Notes under the pieces: model-generated
The model's database searches: none
Told to the model about the DNA's origin: nothing
The model's input: only the letters and a program-made list of their open reading frames with translations
Part shown: positions 25,401 through 38,100 of the stretch, piece by piece
Layout: every line of letters starts with the position of its first letter
Position numbering within the stretch: the stretch's first letter is position 1
Assembly: GCA_002633005.1 (NCBI GenBank)
Contig: NMRA01000105.1
Location: 474,010-538,009, forward strand
Length of the DNA: 64,000 bases
Reading direction: 5' to 3'
DNA from: Phoronis australis
Taxonomy: Eukaryota; Animalia; Phoronida
Position numbers and translations under genes: made by a program

Positions 25401-28400
25401 NNNNNNNNNNNNNNNNNNNNNNNNNNNNNNNNNNNNNNNNNNNNNNNNNNNNNNNNNNNNNNNNNNNNNNNNNNNNNNNNNNNNNNNNNNNNNNNNNNNN
25501 NNNNNNNNNNNNNNNNNNNNNNNNNNNNNNNNNNNNNNNNNNNNNNNNNNNNNNNNNNNNNNNNNNNNNTTTGAGACCCTGTTGCAGTTAGGCTGGTTTT
25601 GTTAACTTATCTTTCTGCCTGGGTTGTAAACCCATATTCTGTCCAGGAGGTAATAAGTTTTGATTTAGACCATTTACCTCTATAAACTTTGCTCAGTTTG
25701 TTCCTTATCCAGATGGGAAGTGATTTCTGGAATTGTAGCGAATTGACAGTTTGCTATTCCTTGAGACCATGCTGTGTGTATAAAATCGCACATTATTAGT
25801 GTGGTAGCAATTGCATATCGCCAGATCTTTCAAAGTTCTGAAATTGCTCAAAGTGACCTGGAAGTAATACCTATTTCGTGATGGTAAAATGTCTAAATCA
25901 GAAGTTTTTTTATGTGATTTTAGGCGAGTTTATGTCCACTTCAAATGATTTTTTGTTGTAGTACTGAAAAGCAGTGGCACATTTGCTCTGGGGGCTCCTT
26001 GTTTTTTTGGCGAATTGACCATTTTATGGTTCCCATGGGTAATTTTGTTACTGGGTCTAGTATGTATGTACAACTGTAATGGTAGGGCAATTGTAATGCA
26101 AACCGTGTTGCAAAAGTATTTTTTCATGACCATTTCATTGTAAAATGCTGGCTAATTGGAATCAACAATCCAATTTTTCATTTTGTGGTGGTTTGTTTTG
26201 ATAAGAACATTGATGTGGTAAATACAGCTACCTCAAGTTTGTGAAGAAGAGATTTCCAGTGTTGTCAGCGATACTGCGAAATCACTTTTTCGCAGTGAGA
26301 CTACATCACCTTAAATGTAATTCCCTGACTTTATGAGCTTTGTGTGGTTGACTCTGTCCTGTAGCAATTAGAGTGTTGAAAAGATCTAGAAGGCAATTTT
26401 TTATTAGAGTCAGAACATTTGCACTTTTGACTGTATAGTTATCTTTGCATTGTATTACGAAAACATATTTTGTAGTACGCGAGTCTCTGGTTGGTATTTT
26501 ATATTTTTTTCACAAGGAATATTTTCAACTTAGGGCTGTTCCAGCAAAATCTGTATGGGAGGGGGGGGAAGGCACTTTTATTTCGTACCCACCGCCCATA
26601 TTTTTCATTTATTTCTCCAACCCATGACCCATAATTTTTTATTTATTTTTAATAGGTTAAAATATAAAAGCCAACACTTGCAAACAAACTGCCTCTAGGA
26701 GGACCTGTTAAGAACTTAGATGATTGACAGACAAGAACTAGTTGTCTTGTCCAATATTGTCAAAAACTAAAGTAGCCTGTGAGCAATACTTTTGGCAGCC
26801 ACCAGGTGTCTCTGTTCACCATGTGTCTATAATTTCAATGAACATTTTTTCAATTATAAGGATCTATGAATCTCAAACTGTCTCCACGATATCTTTTATA
26901 CTTCTATGTTAAGTGAATATTGGAACTTGTTTATCTTACTCCTCATAATTTTTATTTAAAAATCATCAATTTTCTTATATGTGTTAAGTATCTGTCCACG
27001 GATCCACCGACCACAGTACAGCCAACAAGCGGCAAGGTGGGGGGTCAACCATTCAGATCCATGCTTAGTCTGATAAATCACATTAGGGATGAGAGAAAAT
27101 GAGTGAAGTATGACACCACAAAGTTTGGTGGTTTAGGAGATACAAGGGAAGTGTTCTGGGGGGCAAAATGAGGCAATTTCTTGGTGTGGAATGAGTCATT
27201 TTTGACCAAATATTCTACTCCAGTTTCTGCTTCTGAACAGAATCATTTCCGAACAATTTTGATATCACATGATAGGTTCATAACCAATGTCAGTAAAAAC
27301 GGCACCGACACTGCAATATCGGTTACCATGGTAACACTGGAACTGTTTCCGTGGAGGTACGTTTCTGTTTTGTGAAAAACCAGCAGTAATCTGTACCCTT
27401 ATAGCGAAGCTGCCCCCACGAGAAAACTAAAAATAATAACATGGACATGTAGAAGACTCCATGCCCTTGAAATTAATACAATAAAAACTTTGTCAGCCCT
27501 TCAGGCAGGCTTGGTAATAGGTGTCTGAATTTCACTATTTTCAGACCGCGTATGTGTATTTGTCATGTTAAACCAGTCACTAGTTGTGCGCCGTTTCTAC
27601 GCATTAATATGCCGTGGTATAATACAACAATTAAAGCAATTGGTTTGCTTAAATGTTTTTAATTAATTTTAAGGACACTAGCATTTCCCAATAAAATATA
27701 AATTATACTAAATTTGTTCATCCAATTCGTCTGAATACCAAACTAAAGCTTACAATGCGTTAGTTGAATGATGGCTGACCTAAAGTGCGGGTTTGCGAAT
27801 TTATCTATTTATCTGGCACTGCCAGTCGCATCAAATGTGGTATTTCTACAAATTGCGGAGAGAAACAACTTTGGAAACTCTAGGGAAATGCACAAGGTAT
27901 AGAGCGAGACATTTGAGCACCTTATAAGAGTACGTGGAGCTGATGTGGAGGTGGAACGTGTCCTCCTGAGTAGTCTGTCTCAGTGTCTGCCTCGGAGGCA
28001 CTGTGTGCAGCAGGAGCTACATAATCTACCGTATTAGGTTCACTTGCCCGAATCATCGTTACAACACTCGAGATATGTTGGCGTCGCCAAAGACACTTAG
28101 AACATCCACTGCACACTAGAGGAGAAGTCTGATAGAGGTCTGAAAAATGACCAAAGTCGTTCAAGGTTCAACGTGTCGTCCTGCATCGTGTGACTGTGAG
28201 CTCAGGTAGGAATCACTAAACTCCAGGGTCTGACCCTGAGGAATATTTTTAGAAGCACGTCATTCATGTAAAAATGCTTTTATTGACACACCGTGATTGC
28301 TTATAACTTGGCCCTTATTGCTTAATCATATCTTATTCAAATGTTGAATGGTGATGTTTATGCAACTACATGTATACATTGGCATAGAAAATAGGTAGTC

Positions 28401-31400
28401 ATCATAACTTTTCATAACAACCACCAAATGTGAAACATGACTTCTGCCCATGAACTACTTTTAGAGACTAGGGAGTATGTTTTGTCTACCAATGATTTTC
28501 TGCAATTATGAAGTCAATTAAACATGCTAAAGCCGTCAAAAATATTGGTGCCTTTACTTTAGCTTGGTATTCATATTTTGTGAGCCAAAATGGCCACATT
28601 AAATTTAATGTGTTTAATTTTTCATTAATACAATTTTAGGAATCAGGAAAGGCTTATGCTGAAAAAGTGGCTTCTGCTGAAGTTGGAGACTTGCCGATTA
28701 CTAGTAAAGGTTGGGTATGGAAAAGTTCACAACCAGCAAGAAGGTAGCCTTCTGGACAACTAAGTGAGGGGGCTAGAGAGAGGCCAAAAAGTCTACTCCC
28801 AGAAGATATGTCAAAGAGAATTTGTAGCTTGAGGAACGAGTTGGGGAAAAAGTATTTGCCAAAGATTACTGGCTTATACCACAAAAGGTCCAAAGTAATT
28901 TGTTGAGATAGACCACTTTCAGCAAATGTGGGGAAACTGGGACAGAGGAAGTGGAGTATGCATAGAAAGAGGCAATCTGCGATTGTCAAGGATGTAGCAT
29001 TGTAAAAATTCAAAGGAAGGAAACAGTACAGTGGCTGGACCTGTAAATACTCTGGTTGATCTGCTAAATCCAGTGGGGGCATTATTGTATCAGCAAAGCT
29101 GTGTAGGGAAGTAGGCTTGTGTGTTGTCGCAAGCTTTGCACCAGAACTGCTTGTGTGAACAGCACAAATCTAAAATTTACCTAGTCTAAGAGTGAATTTT
29201 TGTCCAGGCACGGATTATGATCCTGGGCCACATGGTAATGGTACATTGTTCATTTTGTTTAGCCACTGGATTTTTTGGTCTGACAGGATTTCTCAGTGTC
29301 GCCATCACATTTAGATGATTTCTGACCACTGTACTATTCCTTTTCCTTGAAGATGTGCAATTGATCTGAATTTATGTTTCCGCATTTTATTTACCATTAA
29401 AGATTTTTGTTTGTAAATGGGTATATATTACTGAAATTTGAGACCCTGTTGCAGTTAGGCTGGTTTTGTTAACTTATCTTTCTGCCTGGGTTATAAACCC
29501 ATATTCTGTCCAGGAGGTAATAAGTTTTGATTAAGACCATTTACCTCTATAAACTTTGCTCAGTTTGTTCCTTATCCAGATGGGAAGTGATTTCTGGAAT
29601 TGTAGCGAATTGACAGTTTGCTATTCCTTGAGACCATGCTGTGTGTATAAAATCGCACACTATTAGTCTGGTCTTCAGCAATTGCATATTGCCAGATCTT
29701 TCAAAGTTCTGAAATTGCTCAAAAGTGACCTGGAAGTAATACCTATTTTGTGATGGTAAAATATCTAAATCAAAAGTTGTTTTATGTGATTTTAGGCGAA
29801 TTTATGTCCCATTTCAAATGATTTTTTGTTGCAGTACTGAAAAGTATTGGCACATTAGCTCTAGTGGCTTCTTGTTTTTTGGCGAATTGACCATTTTATG
29901 GTTCCCATGGGTAATTTTGTTACTGGTCTAGTATGTGTTTACAACTGCAATCGTAGGGCAACTGTAATGCAAACCATGTTGCAAAAGTATGTTTTCATGA
30001 CCATTTTATTGTATAATGCTGCCTAACTGGAACCGACAAGCCAATTTTTCATATTGTGGTGGTTAGTTTTGATAAGAACATTGGTGTGGTAAATACAGCT
30101 ACCTCAAGTTTGTGAAGAAGAGATTTCCAGTGTTGTCAGCGATATTGCGAAATCACTTTTTCGCAGTGAGACTACGTCACCTTAAATGTAATTCCCTGAC
30201 TTTATGAGCTTTGTGTGGTTGACTCTGTCCTGTAGCAATTAGAGTGTTGAAAAGATCTAGAAGGCAACTTTTTATTAGAGTGATAACATTTGCACTTTTG
30301 ACTGTACAGTTATCTTTGCATTGTATTACGAAAACATATTTTGTAGTACACAAGTCTCTGGTTGGTATTTTATATTTTTAAAAGGAATATTTTCAGCTTA
30401 GATGAGTTGTCTGTGAGGTACGCAATTTTCAAATAAGATAATGAATAAAATTATCAAACATTGATTTATTTTTTAGATGTGTGATCTTCCAATAAGTGAT
30501 TACTTTTAAAAAACCTGAGCAGAATTTGATTTTTACTTTTCATTTGAAGGAGAATAAATCTATAAAACTGCATTGTCTAGAAATTTCACTCAAACTACAT
30601 ATTACGGGGTTGGGGATTGGAATCTTAATACAGCAAAGTCTGAACCCCTACCATGAGCAAGTGACAACACAATACACGGATATAAAAATTGTTTAGGTTC
30701 TACGGAAAGGATTCGTGTGCGCGGTAATAGTTACTAAGGTGCGTGGTCATTGTTTGTGGATAGTTTGGGATTCCTCTTCTGTGGTCATCTACGGGAAACC
30801 TGGTCGCATAGAGAACAATAGATTAGCATCTTCATTGTTTCCGTTGTTATAATAAAGATATAATGACGAGCACTTATCGGCAACGGTCTGATGTACGCAA
30901 GGTTCTATATCCATGCGACCTGTGTTGTTACATCTAACAATGACACAACAAAGGAAAACAATGATAGGACCAATGGGCGAAAAACATGCGACGAGTTGCC
31001 ATGGACAGTGGTGGAGTTTGTCTTGTCATTCGAATGTTTTTACAGAACTGCAAACCCGGTATTTCGTCAGGAAAATTTCTGCGGTCTTTTGTTTTAAGTC
31101 GTGGGAAAAATTGCGGTCATGCAACCAAACTTATCCTTCATTTGATATTACAATGCATTGCATGAACATTTGATCAACAGAAAATCTGACTTGAATATGT
31201 GTGAAGAAATACCCATGAGGAAATTGCAAAGTAAAACAACTGTAAATCAAAATAACCTACATTTGTCGAGTTCATGTCTAACCCTGTTCACTGTGGAGGA
31301 CATAATCGGCTTTTTACAAAATGGAGCCATGTATGGTATTTAGGGGTACTATAGCCCTAAGTGATCAGTAGTAAAACGTTCAAAACATTCAGGAGGAACT

Positions 31401-33379
31401 AACTTGTTGCAAAATATCGAAAAACATGAAGGACAATCGGATTTTACGGTGCTCACGCATCGATCTCAGATATATGAAAATTTCTCATTTTAGTACATTT
31501 GAGGTACCAAAATGTATAACTAATAAACTGGCTGACAAAGTTTTTATTTTATGAAATGAAAGTAACATGTTTTGTCAACATTTTGGCTAAGTTTCATTCT
31601 CATAACAGTGGGGGCAGATTTGGTACAGCAGTGTACTGAACACAACCTCAAAATGGCATAACGGGGGGGAGTGTAGTAAAACTACTAAATGAGGGTGGTA
31701 AATCGGAATCGTGTTTCAAGACATCTGTGTAACAATCTACAGGCACCACTAAACAATGCCCAGTGAATAATAAATCAATAGCTTTCATTCAAGGAAAAAT
31801 ATGAACAGTTAAAACTGGACAGTTTTTATATCGTGAAAACATGGCTGCGAAGCCGTAAAATGTGTTTGAGCCTATAACTTTAGAAAAACGCAATATTTTG
31901 AGGAAATATTTTACCGCTGTTTATAGATCCCATAGGACTACCTATGTGCCAAATTTGGTGAAAATCGGCTGACCCCCACCTTGCCGCTCATGGCTGGTGC
32001 TCTCGTGGACTAGTACTTAATTGGCAGTAAAATGTGTTAAAAGTTTTATATGTGTATTAATTTGTAAAATATTTGTTGTTTTTGTTAATAAAGAGCGAAA
32101 AAAATACTTTAATAATGGTATATGATTGAAACAGCATACTGTTATGATAATACTCCAGTGTGTTATTGATGTCATTATAGTTAGCGTTATATTATTATTA
32201 TTATTTTTATTATTATTATTATTATTATTGGTATTATTATTATAAATACTATTATTACTATAATTTTGTGATTATTATTATTAATATAAATGTTATTGTT
32301 ATTCTGACAGGTGCAGGAGTGTCCGTGATGTGTGACACTATCTATGTATGCGGTGGTTATGATGGAACCAGCCATCTCTCTAGTGTGGAGTGTTACAACG
32401 TCCGAACTGCTCAATGGTCAATGGTGGCCAACATGTCCAGTCCTCGTTGTTATGTTGGCGCCTGCATACTGCGTGGCAAACTCTACGTTGTTGCTGGGTG
32501 CGCTTGTTGTTACCTCTTCCATGTAGATTCCCTGACTATATATTTCTGTATTTTAGTTACATGATTTGGTGAAAGTCAGTTTTTTCAAGCAAATATTCAG
32601 TCGCGTTGGAATACAACTCGTTGTTTTGGCACAACGTTACAGACTTAAGATGCCACGACAAGACAATTTTTGTTTCCTCTATTGAAAATGTGTGAAGATA
32701 CGCTGAGGCTCTAGGGTTTCTACCCATACTCTAAATGTTTCATTCAGTGGATTTGTAAAGGTAAAACATATTAGTAAGGTTCATATGTGTTTACAGGAAC
32801 AAAGCCCTAGAGTGAGGTTAGAAGCTAACTAAGCCCGTAGAGTGAGGGTATAAACTTTTGAACCTTAGAGAATCGTGTTTCCTTGCAACAGCTTCACCTT
32901 TGAGCAATGTTAAAGTGATTGGGGTTGTGTATTTTTTCTAATCGAGTTTGAAACTAATCAACTTTTCTAAAAGCCACACGCAGCAATACGTTTAAGGTGA
33001 AGAACTACCTGTCTACTAAAGCAATCATCGAACTTCGCTTGACCTGTAATGTAAAACATGTGAAACTAGAATATTTTATTTTTTTTCCGGATTGTTTGTT
33101 AGATGGTGCTCTGCATGCTTTAAAGGTTAATGTTTTGCCTTTTTGTAACATTTATAGAACCGCGTCAGTTGGGTTAGCGTTGTCGCCTCATGGCCTGTTA
33201 CCTTATGTCTTGTTTTTTTAAACTAATCAAAGTGCCCCATTTATTTCAGCTACGATGGCAATGCTCTGCTTGACACGGCTGAATATTATGATGCTGGCGC
33301 TGACTGTTGGACGATTCTCGAGTCACACATGAGCTCACAGAGGTGTGATGCGGGTGTTGCTGTTGTTAGAGGGAAGTGA
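16311..33379 (+). CDS. KLHL12: Kelch-like protein 12 (BTB-BACK-Kelch, Cullin-3 E3 adaptor), spliced CDS join(16311..16490,17529..17682,17924..18141,19826..19975,21092..21206,21636..21742,22283..22475,23728..23985,32311..32497,33250..33379), 1692 nt, 563 aa
   Basis: All nine introns are GT-AG with matching phases, and the frame is open from ATG to TGA. The translation follows vertebrate KLHL12 throughout: [123 protein letters not shown]. Confidence 0.96.
17529..17682 (+). CDS. KLHL12: KLHL12 coding exon 2 (BTB C-terminal part); absent from ORF track
   Basis: gcag|ATGTCG...; [51 protein letters not shown]; donor gtaaat; 154 nt. Confidence 0.95.
17924..18141 (+). CDS. KLHL12: KLHL12 coding exon 3 (BACK)
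   Basis: caacag|GTGTGAAG; [31 protein letters not shown]...GDEIQ; donor gtcaac; 218 nt. Confidence 0.93.
18229..18712. mobile_element. MITE, CAGGGCTTGGAA-TIR family, longer variant in opposite orientation
   Basis: CAGAGCTTGGAAT...ATTCCAAGCCCTG with flanks ATTTAA / ATTTAT (5 of 6). The right arm (TTTTTTGTCATTGGTCA) is the reverse complement of the left arm of the 1690 copy. Confidence 0.75.
19826..19975 (+). CDS. KLHL12: KLHL12 coding exon 4 (BACK); absent from ORF track
   Basis: tgtag|GTCGTG; [50 protein letters not shown]; donor gtttgt; 150 nt. Confidence 0.95.
21092..21206 (+). CDS. KLHL12: KLHL12 coding exon 5
   Basis: ttcag|CCACTG; [38 protein letters not shown]; donor gtggag; 115 nt. 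Confidence 0.93.
21636..21742 (+). CDS. KLHL12: KLHL12 coding exon 6 (Kelch 1)
   Basis: ttcag|GCTCT; [36 protein letters not shown]; donor gtacat; 107 nt. Confidence 0.93.
21745..21920. repeat. AT-rich microsatellite (TA/TATC/TATG mix)
   Basis: Directly visible immediately after the KLHL12 exon 6 donor. Confidence 0.9.
22283..22475 (+). CDS. KLHL12: KLHL12 coding exon 7 (Kelch 2)
   Basis: ttcag|CCAATC; [37 protein letters not shown]...[11 protein letters not shown]; donor gtgtgt; 193 nt. Confidence 0.94.
23728..23985 (+). CDS. KLHL12: KLHL12 coding exon 8 (Kelch 3-4)
   Basis: ttgtag|ATCAG; [23 protein letters not shown]...[17 protein letters not shown]...MSIRRS; donor gtattt; 258 nt. Confidence 0.94.
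24306..26533 (+). mobile_element. Truncated second copy of the TTAA-flanked transposon (spans an assembly gap)
   Basis: 24302-24711 matches 26984-27394 and 25570-26533 matches 29437-30401, each with scattered substitutions. No right TIR. Confidence 0.75.
24712..25569. other. Assembly gap (858 N)
   Basis: Run of N inside the truncated transposon copy. Confidence 1.
26531..26983. mobile_element. Probable left end of an unrelated DNA transposon interrupting the truncated copy
   Basis: Similarity to the full copy stops abruptly after CTTAG and is replaced by GGCTGTTCCAGCAAAATCTGTATGGGAGGGGGGGG. No matching inverted end was seen. Confidence 0.4.
26988..32016 (+). mobile_element. Non-autonomous DNA transposon (about 5.0 kb), TTAA target duplication, degenerate transposase remnants (tentatively Sola3-like)
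   Basis: TTAA at 26984-26987 and 32017-32020. Imperfect TIRs GTATCTGTCCACG...AGCGGCAAGGTGGGGGGTCA versus TGACCCCCACCTTGCCGCT...CGTGGACTAGTAC. Interrupted + strand coding relics: [18 protein letters not shown] near 28045-28115 and [35 protein letters not shown] near 28640-28910. Confidence 0.75.
32187..32303. repeat. (ATT)n microsatellite
   Basis: Directly visible; abuts the KLHL12 exon 9 acceptor. Confidence 0.9.
32311..32497 (+). CDS. KLHL12: KLHL12 coding exon 9 (Kelch 5)
   Basis: gacag|GTGCAGGA; [30 protein letters not shown]...[19 protein letters not shown]; donor gtgcgc; 187 nt. Confidence 0.94.
33250..33379 (+). CDS. KLHL12: KLHL12 coding exon 10 (Kelch 6, stop); absent from ORF track
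   Basis: tttcag|CTACGAT; [42 protein letters not shown]; TGA at 33377-33379. Confidence 0.94.
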
Positions 33380-34311
33380 CATGCCCCAATCAGAGCCTGA
33401 TGGAGATGTCCAGTAACATATGGCTGTCTGAGTTGAGAAATAGCCAGTAGCCTCTGAATGCAGGAATCTTGGGGGTTCATTCTTGTGAACATATACAGCT
33501 TCCGTTCTGGATGGTTCTCTGGTTTGAATTGCTGGAGGCCCCTCCCATGTCAGAAAAGTAGACAAGGATTTACATTTGGTGTGAGTGAGTTAAACAAAAG
33601 CCTTGTTTACACAAAGCTTTGTTTTAGCCATAAAATGTACGCCGTCTGCAAAAACACTTCTGGGTGTAAATGTAAATTTGCTATGTGTTTATTTGGCAAA
33701 AACGATAAAACAATTTGTCTCGCACAATGAGCCTGAACAGTAAATGACTGCTGGGTAATGACTCATACAGTTATTCCCAGTGGGAGACAACGATTTGGCG
33801 GGAAAACATGATAGACATGCTGCAATGTCCTACATGTGATGCTCGTGTGTGTGGTTTGATCCAATGTCCACTAAAGGGATGACTGATATTAAGCACAATG
33901 AAAGTCGGATATTTCTTGTTTGTTTTGTACAGTTCTGTTGAGTTTTTTGCTCAGCATTTTGGATGAACACCCCTCGGGGGATAATTCCTTCAAGTCCCAC
34001 TTGGGGGGTCTAGATACAAGAAGTAACAGTCTCACCATGTAGCACTCAGTACCCAGACATGCGCACTAGATTGTTGCTAGTTATGGGAAGACTTATGGTT
34101 TAATTGACTGGAAACTTGATTTGAATGAAAAGGGTGTTGGTTTTTGAGATGGATTGAGGGACTGGTGGCTGACGTTTGTGAACAATTTGAAGGTGAATAA
34201 GGGATTGGAAATGACGTGTGGTAACCACCTACGTCTGCTTTTGTCAAGAACTGCTCAAAGGAAAATTACAATTCACCTGTCAGAAAGCTGTTGAAACTGC
34301 GAGCCATAAGT

Positions 34312-34992
34312 TGGCATTGGATATTTATTGAATGGGGACTCGGCCACAAGGTCACATCACGTTTCTTAGTCGCCTGCTACACTGTCCACATGATGTTGGT
34401 GGACCTTACACCTATCGTGCCCAAAATAATTCTTGCTGTTTTTGTTTATGTGCATTGCAAAATATCGCTCGTACGTATCGTTATTATCTCATTTCAATAA
34501 TAAAAATACGTGCTACAGATTACAAAGGACAACAGAGGGCACTTTTGGGGTTATAGCAAGTTATAGCACTGTCTTCTAAAAAGATGATGTTGTATTTTTA
34601 ACTGATCAATNTGGCATTGGATATTTATTGAATGGGGACTCGGCCAGATAACTGTTCTTTAGGCAACCTTCATGTAGTTGCAAAAGCAACTGTTCCTCTG
34701 TTTATAAATGTCAGTCATGAACTTTCCACAAGGTCACATCACGTTTCTTAGTCGCCTGCTACACTGTCCACATGATGTTGGTGGACCTTACACCTATCGT
34801 GCCCAAAATAATTCTTGCTGTTTTTGTTTATGTGCATTGCAAAATATCGCTCGTACGTATCGTTATTATCTCATTTCAATAATAAAAATACGTGCTACAG
34901 ATTACAAAGGACAACAGAGGGCACTTTTGGGGTTATAGCAAGTTATAGCACTGTCTTCTAAAAAGATGATGTTGTATTTTTAACTGATCAAT
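34312..34992. repeat. N-joined tandem duplication (34312-34610 / 34612-34992), probable allelic assembly artefact
   Basis: The copies appear identical except for an extra 82 bp (34647-34728) in the second; single N at the junction (34611). Confidence 0.85.
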
Positions 34993-35037
34993 GCTGTTTT
35001 TACAGTTGAACGTTAGTTTACATCATTTTACAGCTAC

Positions 35038-35192
35038 CAGGGCTGGGTTGCATAAAACTTAACAGTTATGGGCTGGATAAGTTTGATAGTTGCATGACGT
35101 CAGATGCATTGTTCAACAATAACAACGTATCTCGTGATAATGCGATGTCATTGTTGCTATACGGCATATAACTTTTATGCAACTGGGCCCAG
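35038..35192. mobile_element. MITE in the presumptive KLHL12 3' UTR
   Basis: CAGGGCTGGGTTGCATAAAA ... TTTTATGCAACTGGGCCCAG inverted ends; no clear TSD. Confidence 0.6.
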
Positions 35193-38100
35193 ATGTATAA
35201 TTTATTTGCTTGCATGTAAATTTAGATTTACCAGCAGTGTAATTATACATTCAAGTGTATTGTGCTAATATGACAAAAATACAAACTGGAAATAAATACA
35301 TACAGGTATGTAAATTCGCGGTCTGGTTAAAATGAATCATATGAACGGGGCTTTTAACAAATGTAGGGCAGATATGTGTCGCCTTCCTTTTTTTCAGAGG
35401 CACTGACAACTACAAATTTATGCTTTAGGCGTTTTCAAGCTCGAGGCGAGCTCAAATTTGTTTCAGAAACAAATTATCCTGTTACTTTTAGTGGTTGTGG
35501 GTTGTTAGAAACTGGGTGTATCCTAGTAGGCGAGACCACAGCTCATGACATGCTGGTGTTATGTAAGATCTTGCGTTTTTTAGTATTTAACCTTAATTAA
35601 CCATCTGTTGTGCATCAGCTCCTGAAAGTAAATGGATGGCTATGTCAGAATGGCGAGTTGTGAGACTTGATGGTGCTTAAGTTCTCAGAATTATAAGTTC
35701 TTTAGTATAAGCTATGATTTTTCACTTGAGGTATCTCATGAGTGATTCACATCAGTTATCGCACGTCTGAGTCTGTGTTTGCTTTTTGTGTTACTGTTTG
35801 ACACACTAACGGCATAAGTGTTGCCGTTATGTGAATTGTACCATGTTATTTATTTTTGTATCGGTGCTATTCAAAAGAGGTGATTAGATACATTAAGGTC
35901 GCTTTATACTTGCTCATGCTTCACTAGCGTGCTAGCTTTGGGGATTTGGTGTTTACGTGTTCAGAAGTTACCCCATTATCTGGGCAAACAGGAATGGGGT
36001 TCTGAACATTTTTTGTCCAAATCGTCTAGCTGGTTACTTTTTTCACCAATCCTGCAATAGGTTGAAATTTCGAGAAATATTTTTGACAAAAAAATGTCAC
36101 CAAGTTCACAAGTACATGCCAGCACACTGGGAGGCATTCATCAGTCATGTGGACGTCTTACCAGGCATGTCAACCCTTCTCAGGACAACCAATGAAAATA
36201 TTGAAATAGTTTAAGGTGGCCTTTTTGTGCATTTTGTTTCTTGTATTAATGCGATTTAAGTTACTATGTTGTTCACTCGCTATTTACGGGTAAATGTTAT
36301 ATTTGGGAACTGTGTTTAAAACCACTGTCACCTTGCTCACAATACATGCCAAATGCAGCCTAATTGAACAAAATTACCCAGAATAGACTTTTAGGAAGCA
36401 ATGTAGGCTGATCACGTGAAAGAGGCGACTCTTAGCGCCACTGGACTGTACCAGGAGGTTCTTGGCAGCGGGTGGCACAGGGGAACATGCTTGACGTTTT
36501 GAAGACTTTTGCAGAAATATGCTTTTTTTAAATAAAAGTGAAATTGCCTCCTTAACCTCTAGAGACTGCTAGTATCTGGTCCCATGTGATCAGTCGCCAC
36601 ATTCCTACTTGAAAATCTCATTCCGTAACAGCCAAGTGCAATTCACGCATTACGACCGGTAATGACTCAGTTGCAGGTAGATTTCGTAAGAATGAGGAGT
36701 TTGAGTTCATTTTAGCTTTTTCGTGGTATTTGTCACGACAGGGAAACATGTTCATGTGATTGCTTTTGGTACAACTTCTCAAAATCTTTCATATTGCAAA
36801 GTTTTTAATGCTCTTATTTTGCAGCATCACCTTATTGATCTAATATTGTTTATTGAATCCATATCCTCAATGATCTTTATTAAGTCTTGATTTCGGTTGG
36901 TGTATTTTATCTTGACCGTCTTGCGGGGATATAAATTGGGCTTATTTTGGCTCGTTAGTGGTCTGTTGGCATTAAATTGGTACACTAAAAACTTGCTCCT
37001 CTCACAACATGTTAATTTTGTAAAATTGTGTCATTTACGAGTCTGTCATTTGTCCCAATTGTTCTTTCATTATCCTGTTGGTTGCTATTCAAATACACCA
37101 AGTGTATTTGCAAGTATGACAAATATCCATAGACTGCAGCATACAAATCATTTTTTCTTTTTCTTATTTTGAAGTTGGAAAGAGCAGAATTTGGGGCTAC
37201 TGTTAAACCATGCGAGTTATTCAGTAGGACAGCATTCTTTGAACTTGTTTTTGTATAAATAAATTCTTCATTAAACAAAGTCGTTGAAGTTTGTTCATAT
37301 ACAGTCGAACATTGTTACAACGTACTAAGTTTACATTGATACAAATGTTGTACAAACTTCAAAGTCCCGATTTCATCCAAGGTATTTCGGTGTTAGTTAC
37401 AATCGTTTACAGCGTACACTTCTACGATTACATCAATAAAACGTTCAAAATTTCCTGTCCCTTTTGGCCATCAGCTACGTTAACACCAGGGGTTGACTTT
37501 CTGACCTTAGTCTTAAGAATGTGCACACGCGATAGCGCCACAACTAAATATATATTGCATTGTTTGCTCTTGGCATGTGTACATATTGACTGGTCAAAAT
37601 TGCAAGTCATTGGCGCTCCCTGTGAGGTAATGCACAAGTCAACAGAATGATAGTTGCTTCAAAAACTCGACATCAGAGCCCATGTTGGCATAGACTAGAT
37701 ATGAGTTCCTATGATGTCGGGACGTGAATCCCAACAAATACCCAGCATAAAATGCAAAGAGCATTCGTGAAAGCCTGTTGTCCAAGAGTTTACAACTGGT
37801 CATTCAAGGTGTAAATGCGGTATAAAAAGTGTACCCTCGTTACAATGTACCATAAAATTAACTTGCAAATTCCGATGGTTCTTTCATGTACATTGTAACG
37901 AGATTTGACCACACCTTGTTTTGTTTTGGTTGGACAACCTTTCTGAGTGGCAAACGGAAAAGATCTCGTTTTAGTCCTTGCATAACAGAGAACACAACTT
38001 TTGGACATCAACGATTACAAATTGCAACTGTGGTGTTGTGACTGTTGTCTCTAACAAAAACAAAAAGCTCAGTGGTTGCTATACATATATTTACAACACT

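Noticed and set aside
24302-32020. Long terminal direct repeats (KolobokP- or LTR-like architecture)
   Set aside because: The repeated segments are the left end plus internal sequence of the element and do not recur at its right end, so they are two copies rather than terminal direct repeats.
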